DNA of 58,677 nt from an uncultured Bacillota bacterium (GCA_938003915.1 CALKWV010000050.1:1-58677); one strand, 5' to 3'; counted from the stretch's first letter, positions 1 through 10,024 are shown. The notes: a model not told the origin generated them from the sequence alone. Translations and numbers: made by a program.

Positions 1-40
1 ATCTAGCTATTCTAAGAAAAAATCAGCTATCTTTTCATTT

Positions 41-175
41 TTACTTAACAGCTCCCATATCTGCAGCCTTTTCACCATCATGCACACAGACACAATCATA
101 CCCCTTGTCTACCAAGTTCATCTGTATAAGTTCAGCAATAGCAATTTCATCTTCCACTACCAGTATTTTTATCAT
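41..175 (-). pseudogene. Response-regulator receiver-domain N-terminal remnant (44 codons, truncated)
   Basis: Minus-strand ATG at 175 translates to MIKILVVEDEIAIAELIQMNLVDKGYDCVCVHDGEKAADMGAVK*. This is a typical OmpR/CheY-type receiver start, but it stops before the phospho-acceptor Asp. No effector domain follows. Confidence 0.3.
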
Positions 176-482
176 GCCATTCCCCTCCACAAAATTGACG
201 TAAGCCAAACTATTAATTTTCGTTAAAACAATTATCTTATACCAATGTATTAAATTTGTATCATAGCATCAATCCAGTATTCAATTGTTATTAGCATAAT
301 ACTTAGGTTTTTATAAACACTATGGTTAGCAAAAATATACTAACTGGAGGCGCTATTATAGCAGGAAGTATTAGTTGTATTTGTTAGTTCTATTATAGCT
401 TGATTACAGCTATACCTATATTGGAATTATACGAAGGCTATGAACACTGGAAAGACTTAGGAAAATAATAAAATTATAAATA

Positions 483-511
483 TTGCATAAAAGATTAGCT
501 TTTGCTATAAT
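483..511 (+). promoter_or_regulatory. SigmaA-like promoter for the THF riboswitch/folT
   Basis: TTGCAT (483-488), 17-nt spacer, TATAAT (506-511). Confidence 0.5.
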
Positions 512-526
512 TACGTTATTAATATG

Positions 527-630
527 AATGTGCAGAGTAGGCATTGTGCGTTAAGTGTTAGGGGATGGGATGTTGCCCCTAAACGAAGGAAGAACTCTTC
601 CGCGATGCAATGCCGCATCCGCTGCCACAT
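527..630 (+). promoter_or_regulatory. THF (tetrahydrofolate) riboswitch
   Basis: AGAGUAG..GCGUUAAGUGU..AUGGGAUGU..AACGAAG..GCG..GCAUCCGCU matches, block by block, the Eubacterium siraeum THF aptamer as I remember it. It sits directly upstream of a folate ECF S-component gene. Confidence 0.9.
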
Positions 631-707
631 ACAAAGATTGGTTTTTAAGCATTACCCTCTCTTTGTTGTGGCGTCTTTGCCATTCAAAGAGAAAGGAGGT
701 GCTTTTT

Positions 708-1232
708 TTGATTAGTAGAGTTAGCAAAATTTCATTGGCAGGTCTATTCGTAGCCACAAGCATTATACTGGCTCGTTTTTTTGCTGGAGACATATTAATT
801 GGAGGATTGTCTGTCCTTCGAATCAGTTTTGGGCAAGTACCTATTTTTATAAGTGGTATCCTTTTAGGTCCTGTATATGGAGCCATCACCGGTGCACTAG
901 CAGACGTTCTAGGATATTTAGTTAAGCCTTTAGGTCCATATTTTCCTGGATTTACTATTAACGGTGCTTTGGCTGGTCTCATTCCCGGCTTGTTGGCTAG
1001 TTTTTATAATCAAAATAAAAGCTGGTGGCGTCTATTTTTAATCATTGCCCTAGCTGAATCAATAACATCTATCTTGCTAACTCCTCTATGGTTAAGCATG
1101 ATTACCGGAAAAGCATTCATTGCCTTTTTACCCTCTAATCTTCTTGCAAGGGTTTTCTTAATACCCCTTCATGTAACCCTTGTAAAGTTGATTTTAAAGT
1201 ATTCAACGCGTGTTATTCCTTCCCTAAGGTAA
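708..1232 (+). CDS. folT: ECF transporter S component, folate family (FolT)
   Basis: TTG start at 708 with AAAGGAGG 8 nt upstream. The product is small, multi-TM and typical of FolT (…FGQVPIFISGILLGPVYGAITGALADVLGY…). It is preceded by the THF riboswitch. The longer ORF in the track (555-) runs through the riboswitch. Confidence 0.85.
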   Translation: MISRVSKISLAGLFVATSIILARFFAGDILIGGLSVLRISFGQVPIFISGILLGPVYGAITGALADVLGYLVKPLGPYFPGFTINGALAGLIPGLLASFYNQNKSWWRLFLIIALAESITSILLTPLWLSMITGKAFIAFLPSNLLARVFLIPLHVTLVKLILKYSTRVIPSLR

Positions 1233-1235
1233 ATA

Positions 1236-1264
1236 AAAGGCTAGGGATTAATCCCTAGCCTTTA
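1236..1264. terminator. Bidirectional hairpin between folT and the convergent CapA-like gene
   Basis: aaggctaggga-tta-atccctagcctt, flanked by A and T runs. Confidence 0.6.
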
Positions 1265-2555
1265 TATATTCATCATCTATATGACTAGTTGTTTCATTCC
1301 AAACTTCCTTAATTCTTGCATTGGTAGCAGCATCAAATCCACCGTCCATAAAATCTTTAACAGGTAAAATCCGATAATGTAATCTGTCATTCTCAGTATA
1401 TCTGTATACCCAAGTAGGAATATAATCTATTTCACCTATTTCTATAGTTCCCTTATCATAATCCTTTACAACTTCCAAATTTAGAATAAGACCACTGTCC
1501 CTATAACGATTCCTCTGGTTAGAGACTATATTTCCCAGGGAATATATTACAAAAACATCTTTTTCTTGACCTTCATCAGTGATAATGGTCTTTTTCTCTG
1601 TTGGCTGAATTACGTGGGGATGGCTGCCAAAAATAGCGTCTACTCCCATGGAGAATAACTTGTCCGCCATTTCCTTCTGTGCTTGATTGGGATTCCTAAC
1701 ATACTCGTCACCCCAGTGGATACATGCTACAATAAACTCTGCTCCTTCGACCTTTGCCTGCTGTATGTCTTTTTCTATCTTGGAAATATCATTTAAATAA
1801 TTTACCATATAAGAAAGTTTATCTTTATCAACTGCACTCTCCATTCCATTGGTACCATAAGTATATGCCAGTATAGCTACCTTAATGTCATTTTTGTCTA
1901 CTATCAAAACCCTATCCCGCTCTTCAGGTGAACGGGCTGTTCCCGTATGAAGCAAGCCATATTGGTCTAATTTATCCAGTGTATTTGTTACTCCAAATTC
2001 TAAGCCATCCAAACTATGATTATTAGCAGTAGTAATCACATCAAATCCTGCTTCCTTCAGTGCACTAATAAGGGATTCAGGACTTCTAAACCTGGGATAT
2101 GCGGTATAGCCAATCTCATCTGTGCTAATAGTAGTTTCAAGATTAGCCATAGCAATATCAGCCTCTTGTAAATAAGGTCTTATATCCTCAAAAACTTCAG
2201 TAAAATCATAGTTGCCATCGGGCTGTTTAGCTGCTTTTAACTGATGCATGTGCACCATTATATCCCCAACCACACTGATTTTTATACTAGTTCTACCTGT
2301 CGGTTTTTGCTCCTGTTGTGGATGCGTCTCATCTTTAGCATCTTCATCCTCAATATATTCATCTTCTGCATTTTCATCTCCGGTATCTTTATCTTCGATA
2401 ATATCATTTTGATTTGTTGTTAAATTTCTATCCTCTGGTTTATCTAAATGCTCCTCGCGGTTTAAGTTAGGTAATAATGAACAGGCACTTAGAGTTATTA
2501 AAGATATTGTAAATAAACATAAGACAAATAAAATACTAATTCTATATTTCATCAT
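1248..2555 (-). CDS. CapA/PGA_cap family metallophosphoesterase-like lipoprotein
   Basis: Signal peptide with lipobox LSAC, an acidic linker, then a CapA-type domain (VVGDIMVH…, NLET, ANNHSLD, HWGDEY, GSHPHV). SD GGGGAG lies 7 nt before the ATG. Confidence 0.8.
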   Translation of the reverse strand: MMKYRISILFVLCLFTISLITLSACSLLPNLNREEHLDKPEDRNLTTNQNDIIEDKDTGDENAEDEYIEDEDAKDETHPQQEQKPTGRTSIKISVVGDIMVHMHQLKAAKQPDGNYDFTEVFEDIRPYLQEADIAMANLETTISTDEIGYTAYPRFRSPESLISALKEAGFDVITTANNHSLDGLEFGVTNTLDKLDQYGLLHTGTARSPEERDRVLIVDKNDIKVAILAYTYGTNGMESAVDKDKLSYMVNYLNDISKIEKDIQQAKVEGAEFIVACIHWGDEYVRNPNQAQKEMADKLFSMGVDAIFGSHPHVIQPTEKKTIITDEGQEKDVFVIYSLGNIVSNQRNRYRDSGLILNLEVVKDYDKGTIEIGEIDYIPTWVYRYTENDRLHYRILPVKDFMDGGFDAATNARIKEVWNETTSHIDDEYIKARD

Positions 2556-2730
2556 AATCTATCTCCCCACAAATAATAGCGTTCTGTATTAAAGCACAGC
2601 CTTTTAAAGATGATATTTCCAAAATATTATCGAATCCTTCAATAATACTTTTAAATCTTAGTACGAAACCAAACAAATTATTTTACAATACCGCCCAAAC
2701 TACTAACTTAACTTGGATTACGATATTACT

Positions 2731-4386
2731 CTAGTGAAAGCAACTTCCACCAATAAATTCCCGTAATATTGAGTTGTTGGGGATGTCATCATCTTCTAGC
2801 TCTACAAAATATTTCATAAACTTTTTAATTCTGTTAACTTCTATATAATGTGGACTATCCTCATGGATTTCATCCAACAAGGGTAATATATAGGGCTTAA
2901 GCACTGCCAATTCATATATCAAGGATGTATTTAGCATGACATCAGCTTGTTCTTGGAAAGGGAATATATTTCTTTCTTCACCCCTGCGAACATTGGGCCA
3001 CAAACTCAGAGTTTCCTCAATAGAAGTACCCCTAAACTTATAATCCCTTACCATTCTTCTAATCAAACGGGTGTCAGTGGTAGGTATTCTATTGTGATTA
3101 TCAATGTTAAGCTGAGTTAATGCACTTATATATATTTTGTACTTGTTGCTCTTTGGAATCATAGCTGTTAATTTCTCATTGAGAGCATGGATGCCTTCAA
3201 CAATAATTAATTGATCTGAGCCAAGTCTAACTTTGTTTCCTATATACTCTCTCTTTCCTTTTTGAAAATTGTATCTAGGAATTTCAACTTCTTCACCTTG
3301 GATCATGGCTGTCATCTGTTCATTGAAAAGATCAATGTCAATAATATCTATAGACTCTAAGTCTCTTTCTCCATTTTCATCAACAGGGATATCCTCTCGA
3401 TTGAGGAAGTAATCATCCATTGAAATGGGGACTGGATCCAAACCCTTGACCATCAACTGAACCCTTAGACGTTGTGCAAAAGTAGTCTTGCCTGAAGATG
3501 AAGGTCCAGCAATTAGTATTAACTTAATTCTATCAGCGTTTTCATAGATTTCATTGGCTATTTCTGCAATTTGATTTTCAAGATAGGCTTCATTCATCCT
3601 TATCAAATCGCCGCCTCGGCCTTGCTCAATCATTTTATTTAATTGAGCTACATTTTCTACCTTTATAATTTGACTCCATTTCTCTGCCTCTCGAAATACT
3701 TTATAAAGCTTGGGACTATCAACAAATTCAGGTATTTCACCCTTAGCGTCTTCTGTTGGATGCCTTATTATTACCCCTGGCAAATAAAACATTAGCTCAA
3801 ATTTCTTCAAATAACCGGTGCTAGGAACCATATATCCATAGAGATAATCTGTCATCCAACCACAGCGATATAGGTTAACTGTTTCCTCGGGACGATATTC
3901 GAGGATGTCCAATTTATCATAAAAGCCCATATCTGTAAAGATTGCCTTAGCTTCCTCAATGGATACAGAGTACCTTTCAAAAGGTTCATCCAACTCAACT
4001 ATTTCTCTCATCCGCTTTTCAATTTTTTTAACTTTACTAGGTGTTAAATTAATGCCACCACAAATCTCACAATAAAGCCCCTTGCTCATAGAATGTTCTA
4101 TGGAGACATCGCACTCTGGGAATAACTCACGACAAGCTCTGATAAATATAAAAGACAATCCCCTAACATATATTCTGATTCCATCCTTAGACAATAGATC
4201 TACAAATTCCAGCCTACAATCCCTGTTTAGATTATAAGTCAATTCTTGTATTTTATTATCAACTTTTGCAGCTACAATTTGAGTAGAACTTTTAATTCCA
4301 AAGGCATCTATAAATTCCTCTATAGTTGTTCCCCTTTTTGTTTTATAAATCTCATCGTTAACCTTAATCTTTATACTATCAGACAT
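2731..4386 (-). CDS. Uridine kinase-family nucleoside kinase with N-terminal TGS / ThrRS-SAD-like domains
   Basis: P-loop GPSSSGKTTFAQRL and a PRK/Udk-like C-terminal half, with a TGS-like N-terminus. ATG at 4386 is preferred; an alternative TTG lies at 4425. Confidence 0.7.
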   Translation of the reverse strand: MSDSIKIKVNDEIYKTKRGTTIEEFIDAFGIKSSTQIVAAKVDNKIQELTYNLNRDCRLEFVDLLSKDGIRIYVRGLSFIFIRACRELFPECDVSIEHSMSKGLYCEICGGINLTPSKVKKIEKRMREIVELDEPFERYSVSIEEAKAIFTDMGFYDKLDILEYRPEETVNLYRCGWMTDYLYGYMVPSTGYLKKFELMFYLPGVIIRHPTEDAKGEIPEFVDSPKLYKVFREAEKWSQIIKVENVAQLNKMIEQGRGGDLIRMNEAYLENQIAEIANEIYENADRIKLILIAGPSSSGKTTFAQRLRVQLMVKGLDPVPISMDDYFLNREDIPVDENGERDLESIDIIDIDLFNEQMTAMIQGEEVEIPRYNFQKGKREYIGNKVRLGSDQLIIVEGIHALNEKLTAMIPKSNKYKIYISALTQLNIDNHNRIPTTDTRLIRRMVRDYKFRGTSIEETLSLWPNVRRGEERNIFPFQEQADVMLNTSLIYELAVLKPYILPLLDEIHEDSPHYIEVNRIKKFMKYFVELEDDDIPNNSILREFIGGSCFH

Positions 4387-4622
4387 AGGTGCATCAACTC
4401 CCTTTGTGAATTTAAGCCCTGTCAATTATTTCATATTGAATATTATAGTAGCACAAATGTTATACGGTAAGCAAACAATATTGTTAAATTAATTTAACAA
4501 AAGCATTACATAACGACTCCTTATATTATGCACCAAGATAAATTTTCTAATAATAAAAGAATTTATACCAGCCATAAGTGAAATACTAATTTAGAAATAA
4601 TATTAGCTTTGAGGTGTATGCC

Positions 4623-5585
4623 ATGGCAAGGTCAAATATAAAAAATGCAATCTCTGCCATTTTATTAATGGTTATATTGCTTACCATTATCACTGGATGC
4701 AATGAAATATTTGGTAAGTCTAGTGAAAACCAATCAAAGCAAAATCAGGAGCAAAAAAAATCTCCTCCTAAAACCCTTACTTCATTGGAAAACACAACGG
4801 AATCTATGTATAAGGAAATTCAAGAGGTTATAGACAAACGTGCTGAGCAACAACAAGAAGAGCAAGAACAAGCTGGCCAACAACAAAAGGAACAACAAAC
4901 TGGTGAGCAACAAGTAAACCAGCAATCTAATCAGCAGCAACAAAACAGTGAGGAACAACAGGGACAAAAAGATAACTCCAATAAAGAAGATTCCCAAGAA
5001 GATGAACAAAAAGATCAACAAGGCTCTTCAGAAAAGAAACAAGAACAGAAGTCAGATAAAAATCAAGATAAACCTGCAAGTATAGATTGGAATAGTATGA
5101 AAAAAAATGTGGAAAATCTTCAAAACACTTGGAGTAATTATGCAAGTGTAGCCATGAAAGATGGAGCTTCCAATGAAATTATTAGGGAATATGAAAATCA
5201 GCTAGATCTTGTAACCACAAAGGTTATGGAGAGGCAGGAAGAATCATTATTAAATGCCGTTAATGATTTATACAAATACTATCCAAAATTTTTAGATCTA
5301 TATAAACATCAAGCTCCCCCTAATTTAAAGGAGATGAAATATTATATACGGAAAATAATAATAGAAAGCCAATCTGATCAGTGGCTAGAGAGTAATAAGG
5401 CATTGGATGCTATAAAACAAGCTTGGGAAACTGCAAAAGCACGGATGGAAAAGCCTAATCAGGACATGAATCAAAAAGTCCAAACTGCCTTAGATAGCTT
5501 TTCACGATCCGTGCAACAACAAAATAAACATTTAGTTAAACTTAAGGGAGAAATTCTAATAAACATTCTGGAAGAGGTAAAGTAG
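4623..5585 (+). CDS. Hypothetical lipoprotein with a long Q/E-rich low-complexity linker
   Basis: Lipobox ITGC, about 110 aa of Q/E/K-rich sequence, then a helical C-terminal domain. ATG at 4623 lies 8 nt after GAGG. Confidence 0.6.
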   Translation: MARSNIKNAISAILLMVILLTIITGCNEIFGKSSENQSKQNQEQKKSPPKTLTSLENTTESMYKEIQEVIDKRAEQQQEEQEQAGQQQKEQQTGEQQVNQQSNQQQQNSEEQQGQKDNSNKEDSQEDEQKDQQGSSEKKQEQKSDKNQDKPASIDWNSMKKNVENLQNTWSNYASVAMKDGASNEIIREYENQLDLVTTKVMERQEESLLNAVNDLYKYYPKFLDLYKHQAPPNLKEMKYYIRKIIIESQSDQWLESNKALDAIKQAWETAKARMEKPNQDMNQKVQTALDSFSRSVQQQNKHLVKLKGEILINILEEVK

Positions 5586-5587
5586 CC

Positions 5588-7084
5588 TTATGGCCCTATC
5601 CAATTGGTTGAACGGGATACTGCTTTCTGCCATAATTTATATTTTTCATCCCTAAGCCTATTATCCATTTTAGGGATGAATTTTTTTTCTTCCTTCCATA
5701 TTTGCTCTAAATCCCTTTTGTCTTTCCATACTCCGGCCTCTAAACCTGCTAGAAATGCAGCTCCACGAGCAGTAGTTTCTGTAACCTCAGGTCTTACTAC
5801 AGGAATGCCTAAAATATCTGATTGAAATTGCATTAAGAAGTTGTTAACTGCTGCCCCACCATCTACTCGTAGTTCGGAAATAGCAACTCCTGAATCCTTT
5901 TCCATAACATCTAGTACATCCCTTGATTGATATGCTATGGACTCTAAAACAGCCCTTACTATATGATTTTTGTTTGCTCCTCTCGTTAAGCCTAAAATAG
6001 TACCTCTTGCGTAAGGATCCCAGTAGGGCGCTCCTAATCCTACAAAAGCAGGAACCACATACACGCCATTGGTGTTTTCCACAGACATGGCCAAAGTCTC
6101 AGTTTCAGCCGCATTTTTGATTAGACCCAGCTCATCCCGTAGCCATTGCACAGCTGCTCCTGCAGTAAACACGCTTCCCTCCAGTGCATATTCAACCTCT
6201 CCTCCAATACTCCAGGCTATGGTGGTAAGGAGACTATTCTCGGAAAATTTAGCTTCTTTGCCTGTGTTCATTAAAATAAAGCAACCAGTTCCATAGGTGT
6301 TTTTTACCATGCCTTCTTTAAAACAGGCTTGCCCAAATAATGCCGCATGCTGATCTCCAGCTACTCCAGTTATGGGGATCTCATGACCCAATAAAGCTTT
6401 ATCAAGATTGCCAAAATAACCGCTGCTATCCTTAACTTCTGGTAGCATACTATAGGGGATTTCAAACAATTCCAATAGATCCTCATCCCAACACAATTCA
6501 TTTATATTAAATAACATGGTCCTAGAAGCATTTGTATAATCAGTAGCATGAACTTTTCCACCTGTAAAATTCCAAATAAGCCAAGTATCTATAGTGCCGG
6601 CCAATAAATCTCCTTCCACCGCCATGGCTCTTGCACCAGGTACTTGATTTAAAATCCAATGCAGTTTTGTTGCCGAAAAATAAGCGTCAATAACAAGTCC
6701 TGTTTTTTTATAAATTTTATCCTGTAATCCATTTTGTATTAATTCATCGCATATATTTGCAGTTCGCCTACATTGCCAGACAATAGCATTATAGATAGGC
6801 TTTCCAGTGTGTCGATTCCATACCACTAAGGTCTCTCTTTGATTGGTGATTCCAATAGATGCGATTTGGTTAGGTTTGATATCAGTAGTAGTTAAAGCAT
6901 CTTTTAACGTTGACAGTTGGCACTTCCATATCTCCTCAGCATCATGTTCTACCCATCCAGGATTTGGATATATTTGTTTAAATTCCCTGGATGCCTGCCC
7001 GACAATTTTTCCAAATTTGTCAAAGATAATGCTTCTACAGCTAGTGGTCCCTTGATCCAGTGCAATTATGTATTTATCCCCCAT
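5588..7084 (-). CDS. glpK: Glycerol kinase
   Basis: Full-length FGGY kinase (…[17 protein letters not shown]…, [15 protein letters not shown]). SD AGGGGAG. Confidence 0.95.
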   Translation of the reverse strand: MGDKYIIALDQGTTSCRSIIFDKFGKIVGQASREFKQIYPNPGWVEHDAEEIWKCQLSTLKDALTTTDIKPNQIASIGITNQRETLVVWNRHTGKPIYNAIVWQCRRTANICDELIQNGLQDKIYKKTGLVIDAYFSATKLHWILNQVPGARAMAVEGDLLAGTIDTWLIWNFTGGKVHATDYTNASRTMLFNINELCWDEDLLELFEIPYSMLPEVKDSSGYFGNLDKALLGHEIPITGVAGDQHAALFGQACFKEGMVKNTYGTGCFILMNTGKEAKFSENSLLTTIAWSIGGEVEYALEGSVFTAGAAVQWLRDELGLIKNAAETETLAMSVENTNGVYVVPAFVGLGAPYWDPYARGTILGLTRGANKNHIVRAVLESIAYQSRDVLDVMEKDSGVAISELRVDGGAAVNNFLMQFQSDILGIPVVRPEVTETTARGAAFLAGLEAGVWKDKRDLEQIWKEEKKFIPKMDNRLRDEKYKLWQKAVSRSTNWIGP

Positions 7085-7292
7085 CTACATCTCCCCTTTA
7101 TTTAGTTTTATCTATTGTGCCAGCTCAACAGTTATCATCACTGATTCATACTGGCTGCTGATAAGTGAGCTCCTTGGCTGATTTGATGAAGAAAACTTAG
7201 TTTTTAGTTTTCTCAAAATCAGTAATGAAGCCCATAATCAGTAGCCAGTATGTTAAATTAGCACAATAGATTAATTTATATAAATAAAAAAT
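7085..7292 (-). promoter_or_regulatory. Structured glpK leader (candidate GlpP antitermination target)
   Basis: Three nested inverted repeats: CUAUUGUGC/GCACAAUAG, CAUACUGGCUACUGAU/AUCAGCAGCCAGUAUG, and CUGAUUU..GAAAACU/AGUUUUC..AAAUCAG. It lies between glpP and glpK. Confidence 0.5.
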
Positions 7293-7859
7293 TCAATCTA
7301 AATCCCACAATTCACGTTTACTAGTAGAAACAGCTATAGCGCCTGCTTTTAAGGCCTGTATTACATCCTCCTTTTCTGTTATCATCCCTCCTGCTATTAC
7401 AGGTGAAGAAATTTTATTTTTAAACTCTGATATGGCTTTAGGAATAATTCCCGGCATTACTTCAACAAAATCTGGTTTGTAGCTTTCTACCATTTTTATT
7501 CCACTTTCAAAAGATAAAGAATCAATCATGAAAATTCGCTGAACAGTAAGTAATCCAATCTCTTTTCCATGACGCAATAGGTTACTACGAGTGGATATTA
7601 TACCGTCTGGCTTTATATGATTTTGCATATAATCTATAGCTGCTGTATCCTTAGCTAAACCGTCAATCAAATCTACATGTACAAAAACTTTTTTTCCTGA
7701 ATCTTTTAGGAAAGAAACTCTATTATGTATTTCCATTATGTTGCCTGACAATAAAAAAAATACCTCTATTTTTCTTTGTTCTAACTCATTAGGTAGTACC
7801 ATATGGGGTAATGCTCCAATAATTGGATTTGCTTCTAGTAGATCATATATGCTATCCAT
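7293..7859 (-). CDS. glpP: Glycerol-3-phosphate responsive antiterminator GlpP
   Basis: 188-aa protein with a GlpP-family pattern (…FVHVDLIDGL…, ISTR…, GGMI). It is directly upstream of glpK. SD AGGAGG. Confidence 0.85.
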   Translation of the reverse strand: MDSIYDLLEANPIIGALPHMVLPNELEQRKIEVFFLLSGNIMEIHNRVSFLKDSGKKVFVHVDLIDGLAKDTAAIDYMQNHIKPDGIISTRSNLLRHGKEIGLLTVQRIFMIDSLSFESGIKMVESYKPDFVEVMPGIIPKAISEFKNKISSPVIAGGMITEKEDVIQALKAGAIAVSTSKRELWDLD

Positions 7860-8165
7860 GGATTTTCCTCCTATGATAAGGATAAGTACATTGATTGTAA
7901 GTATATTATAGCATAGAAATTTAGCTTATATAAGCTATATTAATATTTCAATTTTTTGTTATTTATTTTACATCAATCACTAAAATTAGTCTTCTATAGA
8001 TGCTTATGAATTATTTACATTAAATAAAAAAAGAAAATAAGCAGAAACTATAAAAGCATTAGATCCTAAAAAATATATTTATAAACATTAACAATATTTG
8101 GGATATAATGCTTTACTTTTATTGTAGTTTTCTAATTATACTAATAAAGAAGGAGGTAATATTCT

Positions 8166-8807
8166 TTGAAGAAAAAAATATGGGTATTGTTAAGTATTAT
8201 TTTGGTAATAGGAGTTATAGCATTAGCAGGATGTACTACAGCTGATAGACGTCCTGATACAACTCCTAACCAAAATAGAACAACAGTGCCTAGACAAACA
8301 AGGGTAACGCCACCCACTACTCCTACTCCTGGAACGACTAGAACTACTCCTAATAACACCAGAGTAACGCCCCGAACTACTTCTCCAAGAACTATTTCAG
8401 ATAGTCCTGGTACAACAGATATTCCAGGTACAACATCTCCAAGGAGAGTTCGTCGTACAGAGACTATTGATAACGATACTGCTAGAAGTCAAGCAAAGAG
8501 AATAGCCGATGCTATTGCCAAGGAGAGGAATATAGATTCTGCTAGCTGTGTAATTACTGGAGATACAGCTTTAATAGGAGTACAATTTGAAAAGCAGTAT
8601 AAGGGCGAATTAACAGATGCCATAAAAAAATCAGTAGAAAAACGTGTTAAGGATATAGAACCAGATATTGATAACGTTGTAGTAACAGCTGACCCTGATC
8701 TTCTAAGCAGAATCAAAACCATAGCATCGGATATAGAAAATGGAAAACCCTTATCTGGCTTTACAAAAGAAATAGAGGAGATCATTAGAAGAATTAATCC
8801 CTTTTAA
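8166..8807 (+). CDS. YhcN/YlaJ family sporulation lipoprotein with a P/T/R-rich linker
   Basis: TTG start after AAGGAGGT. Lipobox LAGC. The C-terminal half is typical of YlaJ (…TALIGVQFEKQY…VVVTADPDLLSRI…ENGKPLSGF). Confidence 0.8.
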   Translation: MKKKIWVLLSIILVIGVIALAGCTTADRRPDTTPNQNRTTVPRQTRVTPPTTPTPGTTRTTPNNTRVTPRTTSPRTISDSPGTTDIPGTTSPRRVRRTETIDNDTARSQAKRIADAIAKERNIDSASCVITGDTALIGVQFEKQYKGELTDAIKKSVEKRVKDIEPDIDNVVVTADPDLLSRIKTIASDIENGKPLSGFTKEIEEIIRRINPF

Positions 8808-8833
8808 TAAAAATCATTTGCTGAATTAAAAAA

Positions 8834-8876
8834 GAGAGCATAAGGCTCTAGCTTATGCTCTCCTTTCTATCTTTTT
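8834..8876 (+). terminator. Rho-independent terminator
   Basis: gagagcataag/cttatgctctc stem followed by a T-rich tail. Confidence 0.6.
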
Positions 8877-8938
8877 TATATTCATATACCTATTAATTAC
8901 AGATAATTCTTAGATTTAAATATTCTTCTAAATAGTTG

Positions 8939-9589
8939 TTAAAACATTCTTAGCTGTTGATAATCCTCATGGCTAGAACTTCCTGAATTATTATCAATCC
9001 TATTTATAAACAATTCACCTTTGGTCTTGGATTTAAGTATCCTTTGAACATGCCTTATATCAGTATTTCTATCCAGCCAAGCATCTATATCATTATCCTT
9101 AATAATAAGAGGCATTCGCCAATGAATATCTTTAACACCTTCTTCTGCCTCAGTAGTAATGATAACAAAGGTCAATTGTTGAATAGAATGACTATCATCC
9201 ATGGATAACTTAAAAATCCCGCCTAGGGATATTAAATTTTTATCTTTTAGACCTATTTCGTACTTAACTTTTTTCCCCTTGCTCTCTTCTTTCCATTCAT
9301 AGTAGGAATTAGCAGGGATTATGCACCTAGCAGTGTAAAAGGAATCTTTAAACATGGGTTTGTTCATAATGGTTTCGGATCGTGCGTTGATAACTATACC
9401 CTTTTTAAAGCTAAAGGGAAATCCCCATTTGGCGTGAGCAATAGTTCTTTGTCCATCATCAAATATTATGGGAGCATTTGTAGAAGGGAAAATTTCACCA
9501 GCCTTGTATTCTCCTACTTTGGCACGAAGTATTTTGTATGTCTTTATAATTTCTCTTATTTCCGTATCCAACAGGTATCTTCCACACAT
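8939..9589 (-). CDS. SOS response-associated peptidase (SRAP/YedK family)
   Basis: The start is placed at the MCGRY motif, giving the catalytic Cys2 characteristic of SRAP. The ORF track starts 2 codons earlier. Confidence 0.85.
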   Translation of the reverse strand: MCGRYLLDTEIREIIKTYKILRAKVGEYKAGEIFPSTNAPIIFDDGQRTIAHAKWGFPFSFKKGIVINARSETIMNKPMFKDSFYTARCIIPANSYYEWKEESKGKKVKYEIGLKDKNLISLGGIFKLSMDDSHSIQQLTFVIITTEAEEGVKDIHWRMPLIIKDNDIDAWLDRNTDIRHVQRILKSKTKGELFINRIDNNSGSSSHEDYQQLRMF

Positions 9590-9611
9590 ATCCATGTACC
9601 TTTCTCATCAA

Positions 9612-9971
9612 TTATTTCACTAATATTATTTTACTACAATTATGAATCTGCGCGGGATAACTTTCAGCAATTTGTCCATCATAAAAAATTTGTACCCTAT
9701 CTCCTTCTTTAATATCATCCACCCTAATCTCATCTCCATCAGAATTTATTAAAGTTGTTTTTGCCAAAGAAACAGAAATTTTATCAGCAGACGATAATTC
9801 AGATGAACCAGATTCTGGCTCCACTAACAAAAAGGATTGGTCATTTTCAAGTACGGTAGCATTAAAAGATATTTCTTCTTCGCTGGAATTGTTTTTGTAA
9901 ACATCGTTGCATCCTGAGAAAATCCCGACTATAAATAGTATACACAAAACAAAGATTATATGTCTATTCAT
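9612..9971 (-). CDS. Small lipoprotein (DUF3221/YobA-like)
   Basis: Lipobox FSGC, 119 aa, C-terminal …GDRVQIFYDGQIAESYPAQ. SD GGGAGG. Confidence 0.55.
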   Translation of the reverse strand: MNRHIIFVLCILFIVGIFSGCNDVYKNNSSEEEISFNATVLENDQSFLLVEPESGSSELSSADKISVSLAKTTLINSDGDEIRVDDIKEGDRVQIFYDGQIAESYPAQIHNCSKIILVK

Positions 9972-10024
9972 AATTAAAACCTCCCTACCAAATTAGACGA
10001 AAAAAATTCATTATTGTTTCATAC

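Noticed and set aside
551-982. Track ORFs lying antisense to, or out of frame with, well-supported genes. Examples: 551-982(-), 4782-5021(-), 8141-8359(-), 8489-8785(-), 32855-33304(+), 33677-34012(+), 43256-43618(-), 47006-47401(+), 52432-52854(+), 54010-54624(+).
   Set aside because: These are shadow ORFs inside strongly supported genes on the opposite strand or in another frame. They have no SD, low-complexity or odd composition, and no recognisable family.
8250-8470. Low-complexity linkers behind lipoboxes. These are the P/T/R-rich tract in the YlaJ-like protein, the Q/E-rich tract at 4740-5060, and the acidic tracts in the CapA-like (about 2290-2450) and deacetylase (about 17790-17940) lipoproteins.
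   Set aside because: At the DNA level these are compositional bias, not true tandem repeats. They are typical flexible tethers of Gram-positive lipoproteins, and I saw no unit periodicity.
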